64,000 nt of DNA. It comes from Eutreptiella sp. 'Long Island Sound 2002'. Lineage: Eukaryota > Protista > Euglenida. Below the pieces are notes generated by a model. The model ran no database searches. It saw nothing but the letters and a program-made list of their open reading frames with translations, and was not told the origin of the DNA. The position numbers and the translations under genes were made by a program. The DNA is taken from assembly GCA_964036045.1 (NCBI GenBank), contig OZ038378.1:174468001-174532000 (forward strand), written 5' to 3'. Shown here one piece after another: positions 11,566 through 24,800 of this stretch; positions within the stretch are counted from its first letter, which is position 1; every line of letters starts with the position of its first letter.

Positions 11566-14141
11566 CATCGGCATTCTGTGAGCCAACCTTTTGCTGATGC
11601 TGTGTTGCTGAGTCCTAGAGGGTTGTTGTTCCTTCCTAATGAGTTGCCGGTGAGTCGTGGAGGGTTGTTGTTCCTTCGGTGGCTTGCTGCAAATTAACTC
11701 GTGGAGGGCTGCTGTCAATTCCTGGTGGCTTGCTGTTGATTGCTGGTGATTGTTGCTACTTCCGGCACGGGGGTGGGTGGGTGGGTGGGGAAGGGGGGGG
11801 GGGGGGGGGGGGCAACGTGGGATGTCAAAAAGTGCGACACAAAAAAAGCGCATAAAACGGTAGCTCTATCTATTGCTTCATCCCCCATGAAATGAAAGAA
11901 TTGGCATTTGGCATGCTCGAAGCTAGATGTGCCAAAACGGGTATGCAAGAAGCAACCATAAAGGAAGGTGAGGAGTAGGGCCTACCTCGATCATCAAGGT
12001 AAAACAGACACAGAAGCATTGAACCTTTTTGGCTTCTTGGTGCGGTTGTCAAGCTGATGACAACTCACCTGCACCCACTCACCACCCCCAAAGCGTCCTG
12101 ACACCCAAGGCAGATTTTGTCGGGTACACTAGAATATAACAAGGAAATAAACTGTCTGGGGCCTACCTTCACGGGCCCCATCCTTTGGTCTTGCCTTAAG
12201 GTTTAGCAAGGGTACAGGGGGACAAGTAGGGGGAAGCAGCAGGAGGGACCGGATCACAGGCAGAGCAGGCCACCACAGAGCCAGCACTCATGCACCTCTG
12301 TCTGTACATACTGAACTCCAAGAACCTATTGAACGCTGCAGTGGCTACGATGCCAACTTTGAGGGGCTGTGGGGAGCGTTTGAAAACCTCGAATGAGACC
12401 AAAGCGAGCTCGTTTGCACAGCAAAGGTTTTTGTGGTGCATCGGGGGAAGCAACAGCACATGGCGTACCATGGTAGCTGCGGGTCAACAAAACGAGGCAA
12501 CGAGCACCACAGGCACTGTCCAAAATGGACGAAAATCTGAAACATCTAAAACGCACAAATTTGCAACATCAAAAACTCTTTTGCCTGTGATGTTCAATAG
12601 TGATTGCAATCAACACATGTGCTTCCTCATGCAAAACTAGGCAACTTTCCCAACATCTACTTCCACAGCACTGCCATGCACATGCACCATGTGTTGCATG
12701 ATGTAAAGAAGACACCTTTGCACGCAGTTCAAAGTCTTTGTACTACCGGAGGCACTGGACCCTGTTTCAAGCCTCACGCTGCTCTAAATGAAGATCACAT
12801 CATGGGCCTAAGATGCCTCCGTGCAGGACGCCCGCACTAGGGGACACCACCGATTGGATGCTATGTTGTTGTCCCCAACAGCTTGGGGGAGTCTTGACCC
12901 TATGATGTACCACAGAGTCGTGATGCCTATGTGGGACCATTGATTAGTCATGTTGACCTCTGGGCTCAATGTGTCTGACTGTGAAGCCTTTGTTACCGCC
13001 ACACACCCCACGAAACGTTGGAATAAACGCCAGGCCATCGCCGCTATCAAGGAAGCAGAACGCATATTAGCGCAACAGCCACCAGCACATGAACTGATAC
13101 AAAATGCGGACGTTGCACTACAAGTAGTGGCAACAACAGTGTCCCTCCTTGGAAAACGCCGCAAGAAGCTGTGGAACAAACAGTCTACCCACCCATGGCA
13201 TCGCGACTTTCATGCCACCAAGAAACGACTCACTCAAGAGCTTCGGGACAATACGACAAAGTGGCTGAATACCATGCGACATTCGGCTTTGCGCAAAGAC
13301 AGCACTTTCTTCCACCTCACCAAGAAGTGACTCCGGGGCCCCCTCAAGCCAACACAAAAACAAGCAGACCCCGACCTAGTGCGGGCCCTCCTCGCTGACT
13401 TTAGTGGCAATCCTCCCTGCAATGTGCCCACCATATCCAAACTAATCAAAGAGTATATCCCAGGTCCACATCGAAGATGACCGTCCCACCTTCAATGACT
13501 TCAAACGCGCATGCCAAGGAAAACGGCGCAAGGCGGTCGGCCCGGATGGAGTACCAGATCGGCATGCTTCCGGATGAACACCTACACACACTGCATGCTG
13601 GCGTGTTAGCCATCTGGAAAGCAGGGGACATACCAACACATTGGCTGCGCTCATGAAGTAGCACTCATGAATAAAATGGGGGACCCAGAGCGCCCCAAGA
13701 ACTACCGTCCCGGGGGGGGGGGCGACTCTGTGGGTCCTAGGACGCCAACTACCCCCCCCCCCCCCCAAGGGGCCTCCGCCCAACAATTAGTTCTCAAAGG
13801 TATGAACGCAAGGAGCCAATGGGCGCCGTAGGTGCCCCGGCGCCCAATGGGGGAACGTTAGCGCACTGGGCATCTTTTTTGACCCGTGCCCCACCGGTGG
13901 CCTTTTCGGGAGTGCACTAAGGGGGCGCATTTCCCGCAGCTATTTGGGCTTTTGGCTGTATGTACTAGAGACCCATACTTTGAGATACCGGGAGCATCAT
14001 GGTGACCCCTAGCGTAGGTTTTGACTTCTGATTTTGCCCCCTTTGTCAGGGACCCCCGAGAATGCAGGGGTGAGGTAGCATTTCCGCCCTCTTTTGGGCC
14101 CCAACCTTCCGGTGCTATTGAGGAAACCGGGACAATCTCTG

Positions 14142-14412
14142 AATCCACGCTTTGTTGCGTGGCCCCTTGAGTTGGGGTTAGGGACTCACAATCCACGCTT
14201 TGTTGCGTGGCCCCTTGAGTTGGGGTTAGGAACACACCACTCACAATCGACGCTTTGTTGCGTGGCCCCTCGAGTTGGGGTGAGGGAATCGAAATACACG
14301 CTTTGTTGCGTGGCTCCTCGAGTTGGGGTTAGGGACTCACAATCCACGCTTTGTTGCGTGGCCCCTCGGATTGGGGTTAGGGACTCACAATCCACGCTTT
14401 GTTGCGGGGCCC
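14142..14412 (+). repeat. 48-bp minisatellite, ~5.5 copies, each containing GGGGTTAGGG
   Basis: AATCCACGCTTTGTTGCGTGGCCCCTCGAGTTGGGGTTAGGGACTCAC starts at 14142, 14190, 14245, 14293, 14341 and 14389. Confidence 0.92.
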
Positions 14413-14458
14413 CTCCTCCTCCTCCTCCTCCTCCTCCTCCTCCTCCTCCTCCTCCTCC
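14411..14458 (+). repeat. (CCT)n microsatellite
   Basis: About 16 consecutive CCT units. Confidence 0.95.
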
Positions 14459-14859
14459 GGGGCATCTCTCGGGGCAGAGCGTTCTGCCCCGTTGCAAAGT
14501 GTAGGGAGGATGAACCAGGTGTTTAGTTGGCAGCCAAAGAAGAGGTTGGCCACCAAAGCATATGATTCTGATAGCTCATCAAGTGAAGGTAAGTCATTTA
14601 AGTAAGGGCTTTTTCCTCTGCCCTTGTTTTTCGGTGCCCCCCCCCCCCCCTTCCCCTCTTAGGTTGATGCGTAGAAAGTGTTCCAAGGAGCCACTCTTGG
14701 TCTTAGGCCCCTTCCCCTCTTAGGTCGATGCGTTGGATATGGCTGGACAAGGTGGTTCATCAAGATGTTGAACAGGCATGCGTCCCCACAGGCGGTTCCT
14801 CGCTCGTTCTGTGGTCCACGTGCCCTCGCGTCTCTTGAGTACCGGACAGGGTGTGTGAA

Positions 14860-16430
14860 GGATGTGCCACTGCTTGCATGAATGTGCGGCAGATCCAGCC
14901 ACTGCATGAGTGAATGTGTGGTACATTGTGCAGCTACACAAGTGCCTATGTGGCACACCATACACATGCATGCATGCCTGCATGACATATTATGCAATGG
15001 TATGCATGCATATGTGGCACATAATGCAACCGTATGCATGCCTGTGTGGCAGACTAAGCACTGCATGCATACCAGTGTAGCAGATACAGCTTGTGTAGCA
15101 GAGTATGCGACTGCATGCATACATGTGTGCCAGATGGTGTGAATGTATTCATGCCTGTGTGGCAGATACAGCCTGTGTAGCAGCGTATGCGACTGCACAC
15201 ATACTTGTGTGGCAAATTATGCACATGTATTCATGCCGGTGTGGCAGATACAACGTGTGTAGCATAATATGCGATTACATGCCATGCATGCATGCCTGTG
15301 TGGCAGATTATGCAACCGCATGTGTGGCACATTCTGCAACTGCATGCTGGTCTGTGTGGCAGATAGTGCAGTGTGTGCATGCCTGCAGGGTAGATTATGC
15401 AACTGCATGCCTGCCTGTGTGGGTAATGCCACTGCATGCATGCCTATGTGGCACATACCACTAGTAAAGCAGAATGCCGCAGATTGTCCAACCGCGTGTG
15501 TGGCAGATTATGCTGCTGCATGCGTGCCAGTGTGGCGGATAATGCAGTGCGTGCATGCTTGTGTGGCAGATTGTGCGCCTGCATGCATGGCTGTGTAGCA
15601 GAGACAACCTGTGTAGCAGAATGTGCAACTGCATGTATACTTCTGTGACAGATTATGCAAATGAATTCATGCCTGTGTGGCAGATACAACCAGTGTGCAA
15701 AATGTGCGATTACATGCATATGTGTGGCAAAGTACGCAAATGTATTCATGATTGTGTGGCAGATACAACATGTGTAATAGAACGTACGGCTGCATGCGGC
15801 TGCTTGCCTGCCTGTATGGCAAAGAATGCTGTGCATGCATGCCTGTGTGGCGGATTTTGCAATCGCATGCATGCTTGTGTGGCAGATATAGCATGTGTCG
15901 CAGCATATGGGACTGCATGCAACCGCGTGCAAGCCTGTGTGGCGGATTATGTGATTGCATGCATGCGAGTGTGGCAGACCATGCGGTGCCTGTGTGGCAG
16001 ATTATGCCACTGCGAGCCTGCCTATGGGGTAGATCCAACTTGCGTAGCAGATTATGCGGCTACATGTGTGGCAGATACAATTTGTGTAGCAGAATGTGCG
16101 ACTGCATGCATGCCAGTGTGACAAATTATGCAGATGTATCCATGCTTGTGTGGCAGGTACAACCTACGTAGCAGAATATGCGATTACATGCATACCATGT
16201 GTGACAGGTTATGCAGGTGTATTCGTGCCTTTGCGGGGATCCACTGTATCATATGCTGGCGACGCCCACTTTCCCAAGCACAGTCTTGAGTACTCTTTGA
16301 ACTTCCGGAGTAAGTCAAAAAAAAGTATAGCATGCATAGCAGAATATGTGACTACATGCATGCCTGTGTGGCAGAGACAACATGTGTAGCAGAATATGTG
16401 ACCCCCTCCCTCCCTTCCTAACTCCCTCCC
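14860..16430 (+). repeat. Degenerate tandem satellite with ~50-70 bp units, rich in alternating purine-pyrimidine
   Basis: GCATGCATGCCTGTGTGGCAGA, TGTGTAGCAGA..ATGCGACT and GATTATGCAAC recur throughout ~1.6 kb. Confidence 0.88.
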
Positions 16431-19400
16431 TCGCACATGCAAGCGTGCCTACGTGGCTTATTATGCACCAGGTGCGGCCGTGTGCAAGCGGCCCTTGAGC
16501 CCCTCTCGGGATCCGCCTCAACGCTCCCTGCATGGGCTGTGCTATGCTATGCAGTGTTGTGCTTGCTCTCATTGGCTCGCGGGGGGGGGGGGGGGGGGCA
16601 CTGTGCTGTCGCTGATGGCAGCAAAGCAATATTCAGTGGTTGGATCGAGACCCTTGCGGGTAGCTAATTGTTACCTTGGAGGGCTGTGCTGTATTAACCA
16701 ATGGTCGAGTAACGGCCCTACCCAACCTTGTTGCCGCCATGGTACCGCTGAACCTTGCAACCAAAGGTCCACATACTCTTTATCCATTGCTGCAGCGAAT
16801 ATTCTACTACCGTCCGCAGAGCATTTGATCCCTTGTTGTTGTTTTTATTTTGGTCTAGACCAAGATGAGCTGGCGTAGCCTGCTCAGCGTATGGTACTCA
16901 CCCGTCGCACAGTCCCGCCCGTGTGAGAAGCGCACCCCACGTGATTCTTGCAGAGCTGTTGGGTAGCATTGCCTCAAGCACCAAAGACCCTCAAATGTTT
17001 GTTTCGAGTCAAAAATGGGTGGATGCTTTTGCAGTGGACCTCGGCACATGATATTTCTCCTTGACCCTTGTTGTGTTGATACCAAAACACCAATTTTCTT
17101 TTTTCAAGTGCAGGGTTTGGGTCACCTCTGGAGGCTGTGGTTTTGACCATGCCAATGGCCCTAGATCAGTTTTGGACACCTCCGTCTTATGGTATCTTTG
17201 AAATGCCCCGCGATTGTACCCATGCCCACTCCCGACTGCCCACTCCCGACTGCTAATACAGGGTGCAGGGTGCTTGAGGCCAGGTGCTGCCGGCCGACAT
17301 TAGTGCACCGGAGGGGCCCGGTGTACTGTCACTGCCCACCATCTGGAGGGGTCTTGTGCTCTGTCACGGTCCTCCGAGGCACCGTAGGGGGGCTTTCGGT
17401 GCTATCACTGCCCATCAGACGCCAGTTGCAGCTTAGCCTAGAACGGTGAAGTGATCACAGTCATGGCCGCATACCACAAGCTACCGCTCACCATCTTCGA
17501 GCGTGCACAAATCGTCAACTCTGTTGTCCTACCGCGATGGATCTACAAGAGCCTCTTCTTATGGGACGTATGCTGGGAAATCGGTTGGAAGCGGCTTTTG
17601 AAGATTATGTACTTGCAGCGCCTGGGGTGGAGAAATACGTGCACCATCGCATGTACACTCACACCACACACAGGGGTCTAGGTCTACACAGCGCATCGTG
17701 GGCAAGCATGTGTGCCTTGATTCAGTTGGTCTAGAAGCCGCTGCGCCTCCCCGGTCACAAGATGCCCACCCAAACCCACAACGGCCACATGCCCCACATG
17801 GTGGGGTGGTACCGTAAAGTCCTGCTCTCCATTGGTATGGAGATGGGGCGCCTGCCCAAAGCATGCTCCACAACACCGCGGAAGGCACCCAAGCGCCCGC
17901 GGGTTGAGTACGACCACCTCCATGACGATGAAGACTCAGACGACGCATGCTTCGACTCCCTCGTCCTTCAACGATACCTGCGCCCCCTCCAACCGAAGCT
18001 TGAAACATGCCCAATCATGCGCTGCCATGTGAGCAAGTGGTCCTCAGACTTGGAACTCATGCCCGGCCTTTGTTTGGCCGCTGCTCTGGCCAGGCCCATG
18101 TTTGGCCATGTCCCAATCACTTCTCTAGCTCGGCTCTAAGTCTAATTCTAAGTCATATCCAGTATTGCTCCAGCAACATCTGCAGCCTGTTTTCTTCATA
18201 CATTTTGTGTCCTAGCAGCCCAGCTTGTTCACTTCCCCTTAAGTAAGGGTCTATCTATTGTAGGGGTTCGCAGAGCTTGCAGAATGCTGCTCCTACTCAA
18301 CAACCACGTTATGCCCTCACCGGCACGTAAATGGATCATCAAAGGGACGACCCCAAAAGCTGACCCCGGACGCCCATTGGACCTCCTGGCTCCCCCTATT
18401 CGCGTTCAACCGTGATGGATGGGGACCTTGGCTTTTGGGCATCAAACGTTGGCCAGGGTATGGAGCACCGTGGGAAACCGTTCCAATTTTGTGCCCCGGG
18501 TGCAACGCACGCCACGGTATGGCTGTCTAGGAGTGCCTCCTCTTCTGCCCGACACAAGCTCTACTCCGGACCATCTGGAGGGAGGCATGGGAGGCGTGGC
18601 GACCTGAGGCTGAACGGTGGCTCCGGTCGGCAACAGAAGACGAACGCCGCATGCGCACCCGCCTTCAAGTGCCCGTCTCATTGCAACGCTCTTGTAGCGC
18701 TTTCTCCGTCCATTGGCGGGTCGTTGTGGGTACCTGGCAATTCCACGTCTTCCAGAAGGTGCAGGCCTGTAACACGACGAAATGCGAGGCGGGGCCTGTT
18801 TTTGTCTCTTCCAAGCGGCCAACATATGTGTGGTCCCACCCGTACCTGGGGCCTCCAAGCATCCAGCCAAGCCCACCAAGCACAACATGTGGAATCACAT
18901 TAGAGGGGTCACTATGGTGGCCTCCCGGGAGAAGCCACAATATCGTGATGTCGCGCCTGCTCTCCACAATCTCCGTTGGCACCTTACCCAAGTGAACTCG
19001 GCGGCCAAAAACCGCATGGGCCCTGCAGGCGCTGCAGCAACATGTAAAGACAACACGCCCCCACACTGAGCATACGGGGATGCAGGCCGCGCCGAAACAA
19101 CCATGTCCCCCCGGGCGACGCCTGCCTGGATCATCATGGCGTCAATGCCTCGACACCGCGTTTACGTTACAGACGTCCTCTACCGTCATTATAATGCGCC
19201 TCATTTTGACAACCACCGCGGACGTCTTACTACTGTCTTCGTGGAATTCCAAGCTGACGCTCATGATGGCTCACGTGGAGCGTCACCTTGCCCTGTGGTA
19301 TATGCGAGCCAAGGAGATGACACACCCACTCTTCATAGAGTCCGTACGTAACTTGCAAGAATCTGCATGGGCGGTACAGTACCACGCACTCCACTGTTAT

Positions 19401-19874
19401 GCGCATCATTGGGTTCTACCAACGACTGCGAGAGTCCCTACAAGGAAAGCGAAATCTGGCCTATTTTGCATGGATGCGAGCACGGTTACAGAGTTGGACG
19501 TTGGTACAGAGAGTGGAGCATGCCGCCCGCCTCCGCCTGGTTACACGACATGTAGGGGAGCTGGAACAAAATAGAACTTGGCCGACTTACCAGCCAGTAT
19601 GACGCCGAGACGCATGGCTTATCGCGGTGGAAGCTCAAACGGCCCAGACCCCGCCAGTCAACACCGCCCTCGAAACGACCGCATTCTGCAATAACGACCA
19701 TACTGGAGCCACCGGAGGATATACGATTTATGGAGATCCCCTTGGAGGATAGGGGAGATGCCATAGTCTTGACCGGATTGAAACGGCCTGACTGATATCC
19801 CACAAACCGGACACCCACGATTTGGGTCCGACAGGGGCAACGCTAGGTGCAGGACTCGTTCCAACCACTAGCCA

Positions 19875-19945
19875 GCCTCACCAGGGTTAGGGTCAGGGCC
19901 GCCCAAGGGTCTGACCCTTAGCCCTTAACCCTTAACCTTAAGGGT
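19875..19945. repeat. Short hairpin built from telomere-like hexamers
   Basis: AGGGTTAGGGTCAG ... CTGACCCTTAGCCCT followed by TAACCCTTAACCTTAAGGG. Confidence 0.6.
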
Positions 19946-20296
19946 CAGCGAACTTTTGCACTGCTCTGTGTACTCACACCAGACACTTGGTGGAACAATT
20001 GTTACCGGTTTAAAAAAAAAACACATCAGGGGCGAGGAGCACATGAGGATGAGATGATGAAACTGATAAATTATGTTTTGGTGCCTTTTGTTATGCTCTT
20101 GGGATGTTTGTGATTTTCATGGGTAAACAAAATGGGTTCTGGCAATGAACCTGCAAGCAGCGCCTACACAGGGCCCACAGAGTGCTCACGCAGTGCATAG
20201 TTGTCCCCAACACAACCCTTCCCCTGATTCAGCTGCTTTTTTTTCATTTCGGTGCTGGACACTCTTGCCGGACTTGACATTGACATTGCCTCTAGA

Positions 20297-20584
20297 ATGG
20301 CTGATGCTGGATCTGCCACTGGATCGGCTGGCAGGCAATCTCAATGTGATGCAGCACAACCTACCTCTACTGATCAGCTCCAGAATTTTGATGCGGTCAA
20401 GGCTCGATTCATGAAACTCTGCAAAGAGCTGCACATCTCCTTTCTGGACCAGAAGCTATATGACAAGTACATTCTGGCGGAGAGGACCTCCAGCAACCTG
20501 TACAAACTGTGCCTGCTGACCACAGAACTGCTGGAGCACAAGAGCCGCACTGTTACTGTACTGCAGTTGATCCAGCGCCGTGAG
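20297..20584 (+). CDS. Host gene exon 1, helical/coiled-coil protein of unknown function
   Basis: ATG at 20297 directly after a pyrimidine-rich tract and TAG; clean frame MADAGSATG...LCKELHISFLDQKLYDKYIL...VLQLIQRRE; phase-0 GT donor at 20585. Confidence 0.75.
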
Positions 20585-20853
20585 GTATTATCCTGTTGCA
20601 AAAGAAAAGGGACAGCCCCCTTGTGGAGCAAGGGGGAGGTAAGTGTAGGGCTGGACCCCAGCACCCCCCGCCCCCCAGACCTCCCAACCAACGCCAATGG
20701 GGGTGAGGGGACTTTCAACTGGGCACATGTCACCCTGCACTCTGGGCGTGGCCCCAATATGGCAGGGGCTATGTAGCTGGAATGTGCTAATTTTTTTGAC
20801 GAACGGTGAAAGCGTTTTTACCCCTCCCACAGACACACACACACACACAGGAA

Positions 20854-20927
20854 CCCCGGCTAACTCAACCAGGCTAAGCGTAGGTCTCGCAACCGAAAGG
20901 TCGTGTGATCAATCCCCGGATCGGGCA
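20854..20927 (+). mobile_element. tRNA-derived SINE head or pseudo-tRNA (Thr-like body)
   Basis: CCCCGGCTAACTCAACCAGGCTAAGCGTAGGTCTCGCAACCGAAAGGTCGTGTGATCAATCCCCGGATCGGGCA has decayed A and B boxes and tRNA spacing; preceded by (CA)n. Confidence 0.55.
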
Positions 20928-21849
20928 TGTCGAGAGGCGGGCGGTGGCCGCCGTGCGTCAAGGGCATCCTTTCTGGGGAAATCGCCAAATTGAGTAGGCC
21001 ATGGAGGCCACCTCGCTGCCGCGAGCACCGCCAGCTGTGAAAGCCCCCGTACGCACACAACACACGGGGTGACATGGCGATGACGGGCTGGTTGAACTAT
21101 TACCGTGGAGCTGACCCGGCGGAAGCCACGGAGCTACCACCCCACTTCCAGGGTGGTCCTGGGGCAGCGAGCCAGGTTCTGGCCTAAGTGCATATCGCAC
21201 TGGTCGAGGGGCAATACAGGGATGCACCCGTGGCCTGCACCGAAGGCTGGCTATAATGGGGAGCGACCCGACCCGAGGACGGTAGTGTGGCCATACAGGT
21301 CCAACCGAGAAGACGTGGTAAAAACGGTAGTACCACCCGACACACACACACAGACACACGGAGGTTTCTTTTCTCTTGCAGGCAGAGACAGGAGCAGCTT
21401 AGCACGAAGATACCAACACGCATGCGCCACGACAGCGTCACGTCGGTCACTCCATCGCCGAGCGCTAGCGCAGGCTCGCCCGCAGGGGCCCTGCGAAGGG
21501 AACGGGGCATGCACATGTGGGCAGTAGGGTGCGGTAGGGATGCACACATAGCCTTGTAGTGCAGAGAGGGAGGAAAGGCCGCATGGAGCGAAGCCCAAAC
21601 ATTGCTACAGTGCGAACAATGCTGTAGAGATGTGATGTATGTTAGCGAACGCTATGGAGTTTGTTGAAATGATTGGGCGTCACACACACACACACATACA
21701 CACACACACCTTTGGCACCCGCAACAGGCACGGCATGCGTCAAACACACAACATTCACATGCCTCACTTGCCGCTGACTAATACGGCTCAATCATGCTGT
21801 GATTTGGGGCATCACACGCCAGGCTATATTGCTAGGCTGCCCCTCTCAG

Positions 21850-24800
21850 ACAGGTGAATGCTGCACAATCTGCCGCCTGGTAAATAGTACCGCACCGGCG
21901 CCATGCTTGGGCCAGCGGCGGAAAGTAGTCCAGCAGAAAGCGATCCTACCGACCCCTCCGTGGGTGCGCCGGGCGCTAGCTTCCTCATTTGAAAGAGCAT
22001 TGCTGCCGGGCGCGAAACATGGCCGTTCCATACACCCCACGCACCGGAAGCCCTCCAGGGGAAGGAGGGAGTTCGCCATCCACACCTCCTTCCCCTGGAG
22101 GAGAGAGCCCGTCCGCATGTCGGGCTGCAGCCGGTCCAGCGCCTCCGTCAGCACTTGTCCCGTGGTGCACAATGTGTAGGGGAAGCGTGACCCCACACAG
22201 TTGGTGGTCGCCCGGCGCTGGTAGCACTCTGCCCGCGTAAGCCTCAAAGTCCACGGCCAGCCCCACGTGTGTGACGTGGCCCTAGCCCAAGAACCATGTG
22301 AGGCTAGCTGCCCATCGCAGTATGGCTTCCATGAAGGGGGGCTCCCACGGCCATCCCAGCGGTGTCCCAACTGGATGCACGAGTGGCGGCGCTAGCAGTG
22401 CCCTTGGCGGTGGCCCATCGCCCAGCTGCCACCAAGGATTGCCGTGGCGCGCATCTAGCGGATGTCTACATGCTGCCGCAAAGATGGAGAGGCCTGCACC
22501 TGCGTCTCGATGTGCTGTGATTTCCGCCTCCTTGCGCGCCAAGAGCACCGCCGGAAACATGCCGCACAGGCGGTACATCAACTGGCAGGCTTGCTCCGAC
22601 GGAGCGACCAGAGCCGCCGTCCAAAGGCCCGTGGCCCGGGGGCACGGCGGCCATGCGGAAGGCAGCGGCAGCCTGGCTTGCGGTGCCGCCTTCGCCAGAA
22701 CCAACGGCAGCCAGGGTGCCCGTTGTGCCTGCCAGCGCGAGCATCCCCTGAGCAGGTGTGTCTCCATTTCGGGGGGGGGGGGGGTGCACAGTACGGGCGG
22801 GTGCCCCGTGCCACGATGTTGTGAATGTGTGCATGCTTGGCCCTCCATGTGGCGCCCACCATGAGTGCCCGGAGCAGTGACAACTCCGTCTCTGTGGAGG
22901 TCACCGGGAGCCCGTAGGCGCATGCCTACCTACACACGTGCGCGCGTGCTGTGGCTGGCGTGAAAGGGGCGCATGCTAGGAGCCGGGGAGGTGCTGGCGC
23001 TGGCGGTTCGAGAGGAGAAGCGACGACCGCCCACAACGGGGTCCGTGGGGTGCTCCATGCAAGCGGTCCGTCAGCTGTGCTAGGAGCCCCAAATAGGGCT
23101 GGTGGGCATGGTGATCGCCGGGGCAGGCCAAGGAGCTACACCTCCTGCTGGAGGATTGGGGCCGCCTCTGCCACCGGCGGCGGGAGTCGCAGCAGTACAC
23201 AGCCTTGGCCGAGCCGGAGGCCCGACGTCCGGCCACAAATGTGGGCCTGGGGGCGGTGGCCACTGCAGGCGTAACTCCAGTGAGACCCAGTGCCCCGGGA
23301 CCAACACTGCGCCCGAGATATGCATGTTAGGCCCCACAATGCCCTCACGGCCGCATGCTGGAGGCACGCCAGATCATTCTCCCCAACCGCGACCAGCTCC
23401 ACGCCGTGCATGGCTTTGGCCAAGGCCGACATGCTAATGGCCACCTCCCACATGCAGAAGGTGGGCAGGCGGCTCACCCGCCGCAAGATCGCCTGTCCCC
23501 GCTCAAAGCGCACATGCAGCACCAGGCCCGTCCTGTGCTCAGTGTTGGGGCAGATCCCCACACCCGGCTGCTTGAACTCCCGTGCCAGCCGGATGGGCGC
23601 ACCCCACAGGGTCACCGGCAGCGCCAGCCGGTCGCCCATGCGCCAAGAGTTCAACTTTCCCGGTGTTTGCGTCCTGGCCGGTGTCCACTAGGCAAATGGC
23701 TTTGCGATCCCCGACCGCTTGGGCGTCGGACACCCCGATAGCCCCCCCTTGCAGCTGTAGGGTGATGGCATGGGTGTTGTCCCTGTAGCTTAACAGACAC
23801 GCATCCTCCCTCCCTAGGCCGTGTGCCCACAACCTTGGGGAAGCGGGGGGGGGGGCGGGGGGGGGCGCCCGGAGCCGCCCCCGGCGCCACCGCAAGCATT
23901 TCACGGAGCGGTGGCAGTGCGGCCATTGTGACAACCACATGCCGCCTCATCCGATCAATCACCATCTTCTACATTGTAGTTAGGAGATTGATCAGGATGA
24001 CACTGAGCGAGCACCCCTGTAGGACACCATTGGTGGCTTGCCACCAGCCTCTCAGCGCCCCCGCTGGGCGTTCTTGAGCTGGCGGTACATGGCCGCAAGG
24101 GCGTGCAGCACCCCCCCCCCCCCCGTTTAGGCCTATCTCGTGGGCGATCCCCAGGACCACTGCCTCGGGGATGAGGTCAAAGCACTTGATGAACTCAAGG
24201 CTTGCCCCTCCGGACGCTAGCCCTTGAGGTGGGCTGCACGAGAACCTCGGTCACCATGGCCGCTTCCACGGCCCCGCGCCAAGCGGAAAGTGCAGGTCTG
24301 TGGGTGGGCCCAAGTCTCCTGCTAGCACATGGCCTCCCAAACCCTCGTTCTTGCCCAACGCGAATAGACCATGGTCACGACCGTCATCGGGCGCCCGCCC
24401 ACGGGCCGCAATTTGAGAGATAGATTGAGAAAAAGTTCGCGCACTAGTTTTGGGGGAAGCGGCTTTCAAGTTGACCTATCATATGATAACGCGCAAGCAC
24501 ACCATACGAAACCATGCCACACCATGCAAGCCACTCCTAGCCTTGGCTTGTCTTCTCTTGTCGAGGCGAGGCGAGGGAGCGCGTGGGTGTCTTGAGGGGG
24601 ATGATGGAGGTGTACCCCGTGTTAGGGAACGACCGTCATGAGCTTGGCGAGCCACTGCAAGACCCAATGCGGGGGCGCCCATAGGTCTTGCAGGCTCCCT
24701 CCGTTGAGGTTCATGGACGTCGGCCTCATGGCCATCAGGTGTCGCCGCACGTAGTCCCCTGTCAGGGGCTTGGCTAGCATGGGGACTTGGTGCAATGGGT

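Larger units (their letters stand above)
12060..18760 (+). pseudogene. Fossil APE-RT non-LTR retrotransposon (LINE), interrupted at ~13712-16430
   Basis: APE C-terminal motifs HRLDAMLLS and WDH (12848-12940); RT start KAVGPDGV...AGDIPTHWLRS...GDPERPKNYRP (13530-13711); resumed RT AVADGSKA (~16605); thumb RAQIVNSVVLPRWIYK and GLGL (17500-17700); C-terminal CPGCNARH...C knuckle (18491-18550); many stops and frameshifts. Confidence 0.8.

Noticed and set aside
14323-14605. Poly-Ser, poly-Leu, poly-Pro and poly-Gly ORFs
   Set aside because: Produced by the (CCT)n microsatellite; similar poly-P/G ORFs across the window come from C/G homopolymers
14860-16430. Cys/His/Met-rich ORFs (e.g. 15555-16121) as metal-binding proteins
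   Set aside because: They are translations of a TGCATG/TGTG satellite, open in several frames on both strands
20854-20927. Functional tRNA gene
   Set aside because: The T-loop is GATCAAT rather than GTTCRAN, and the D-arm and anticodon stem are mispaired
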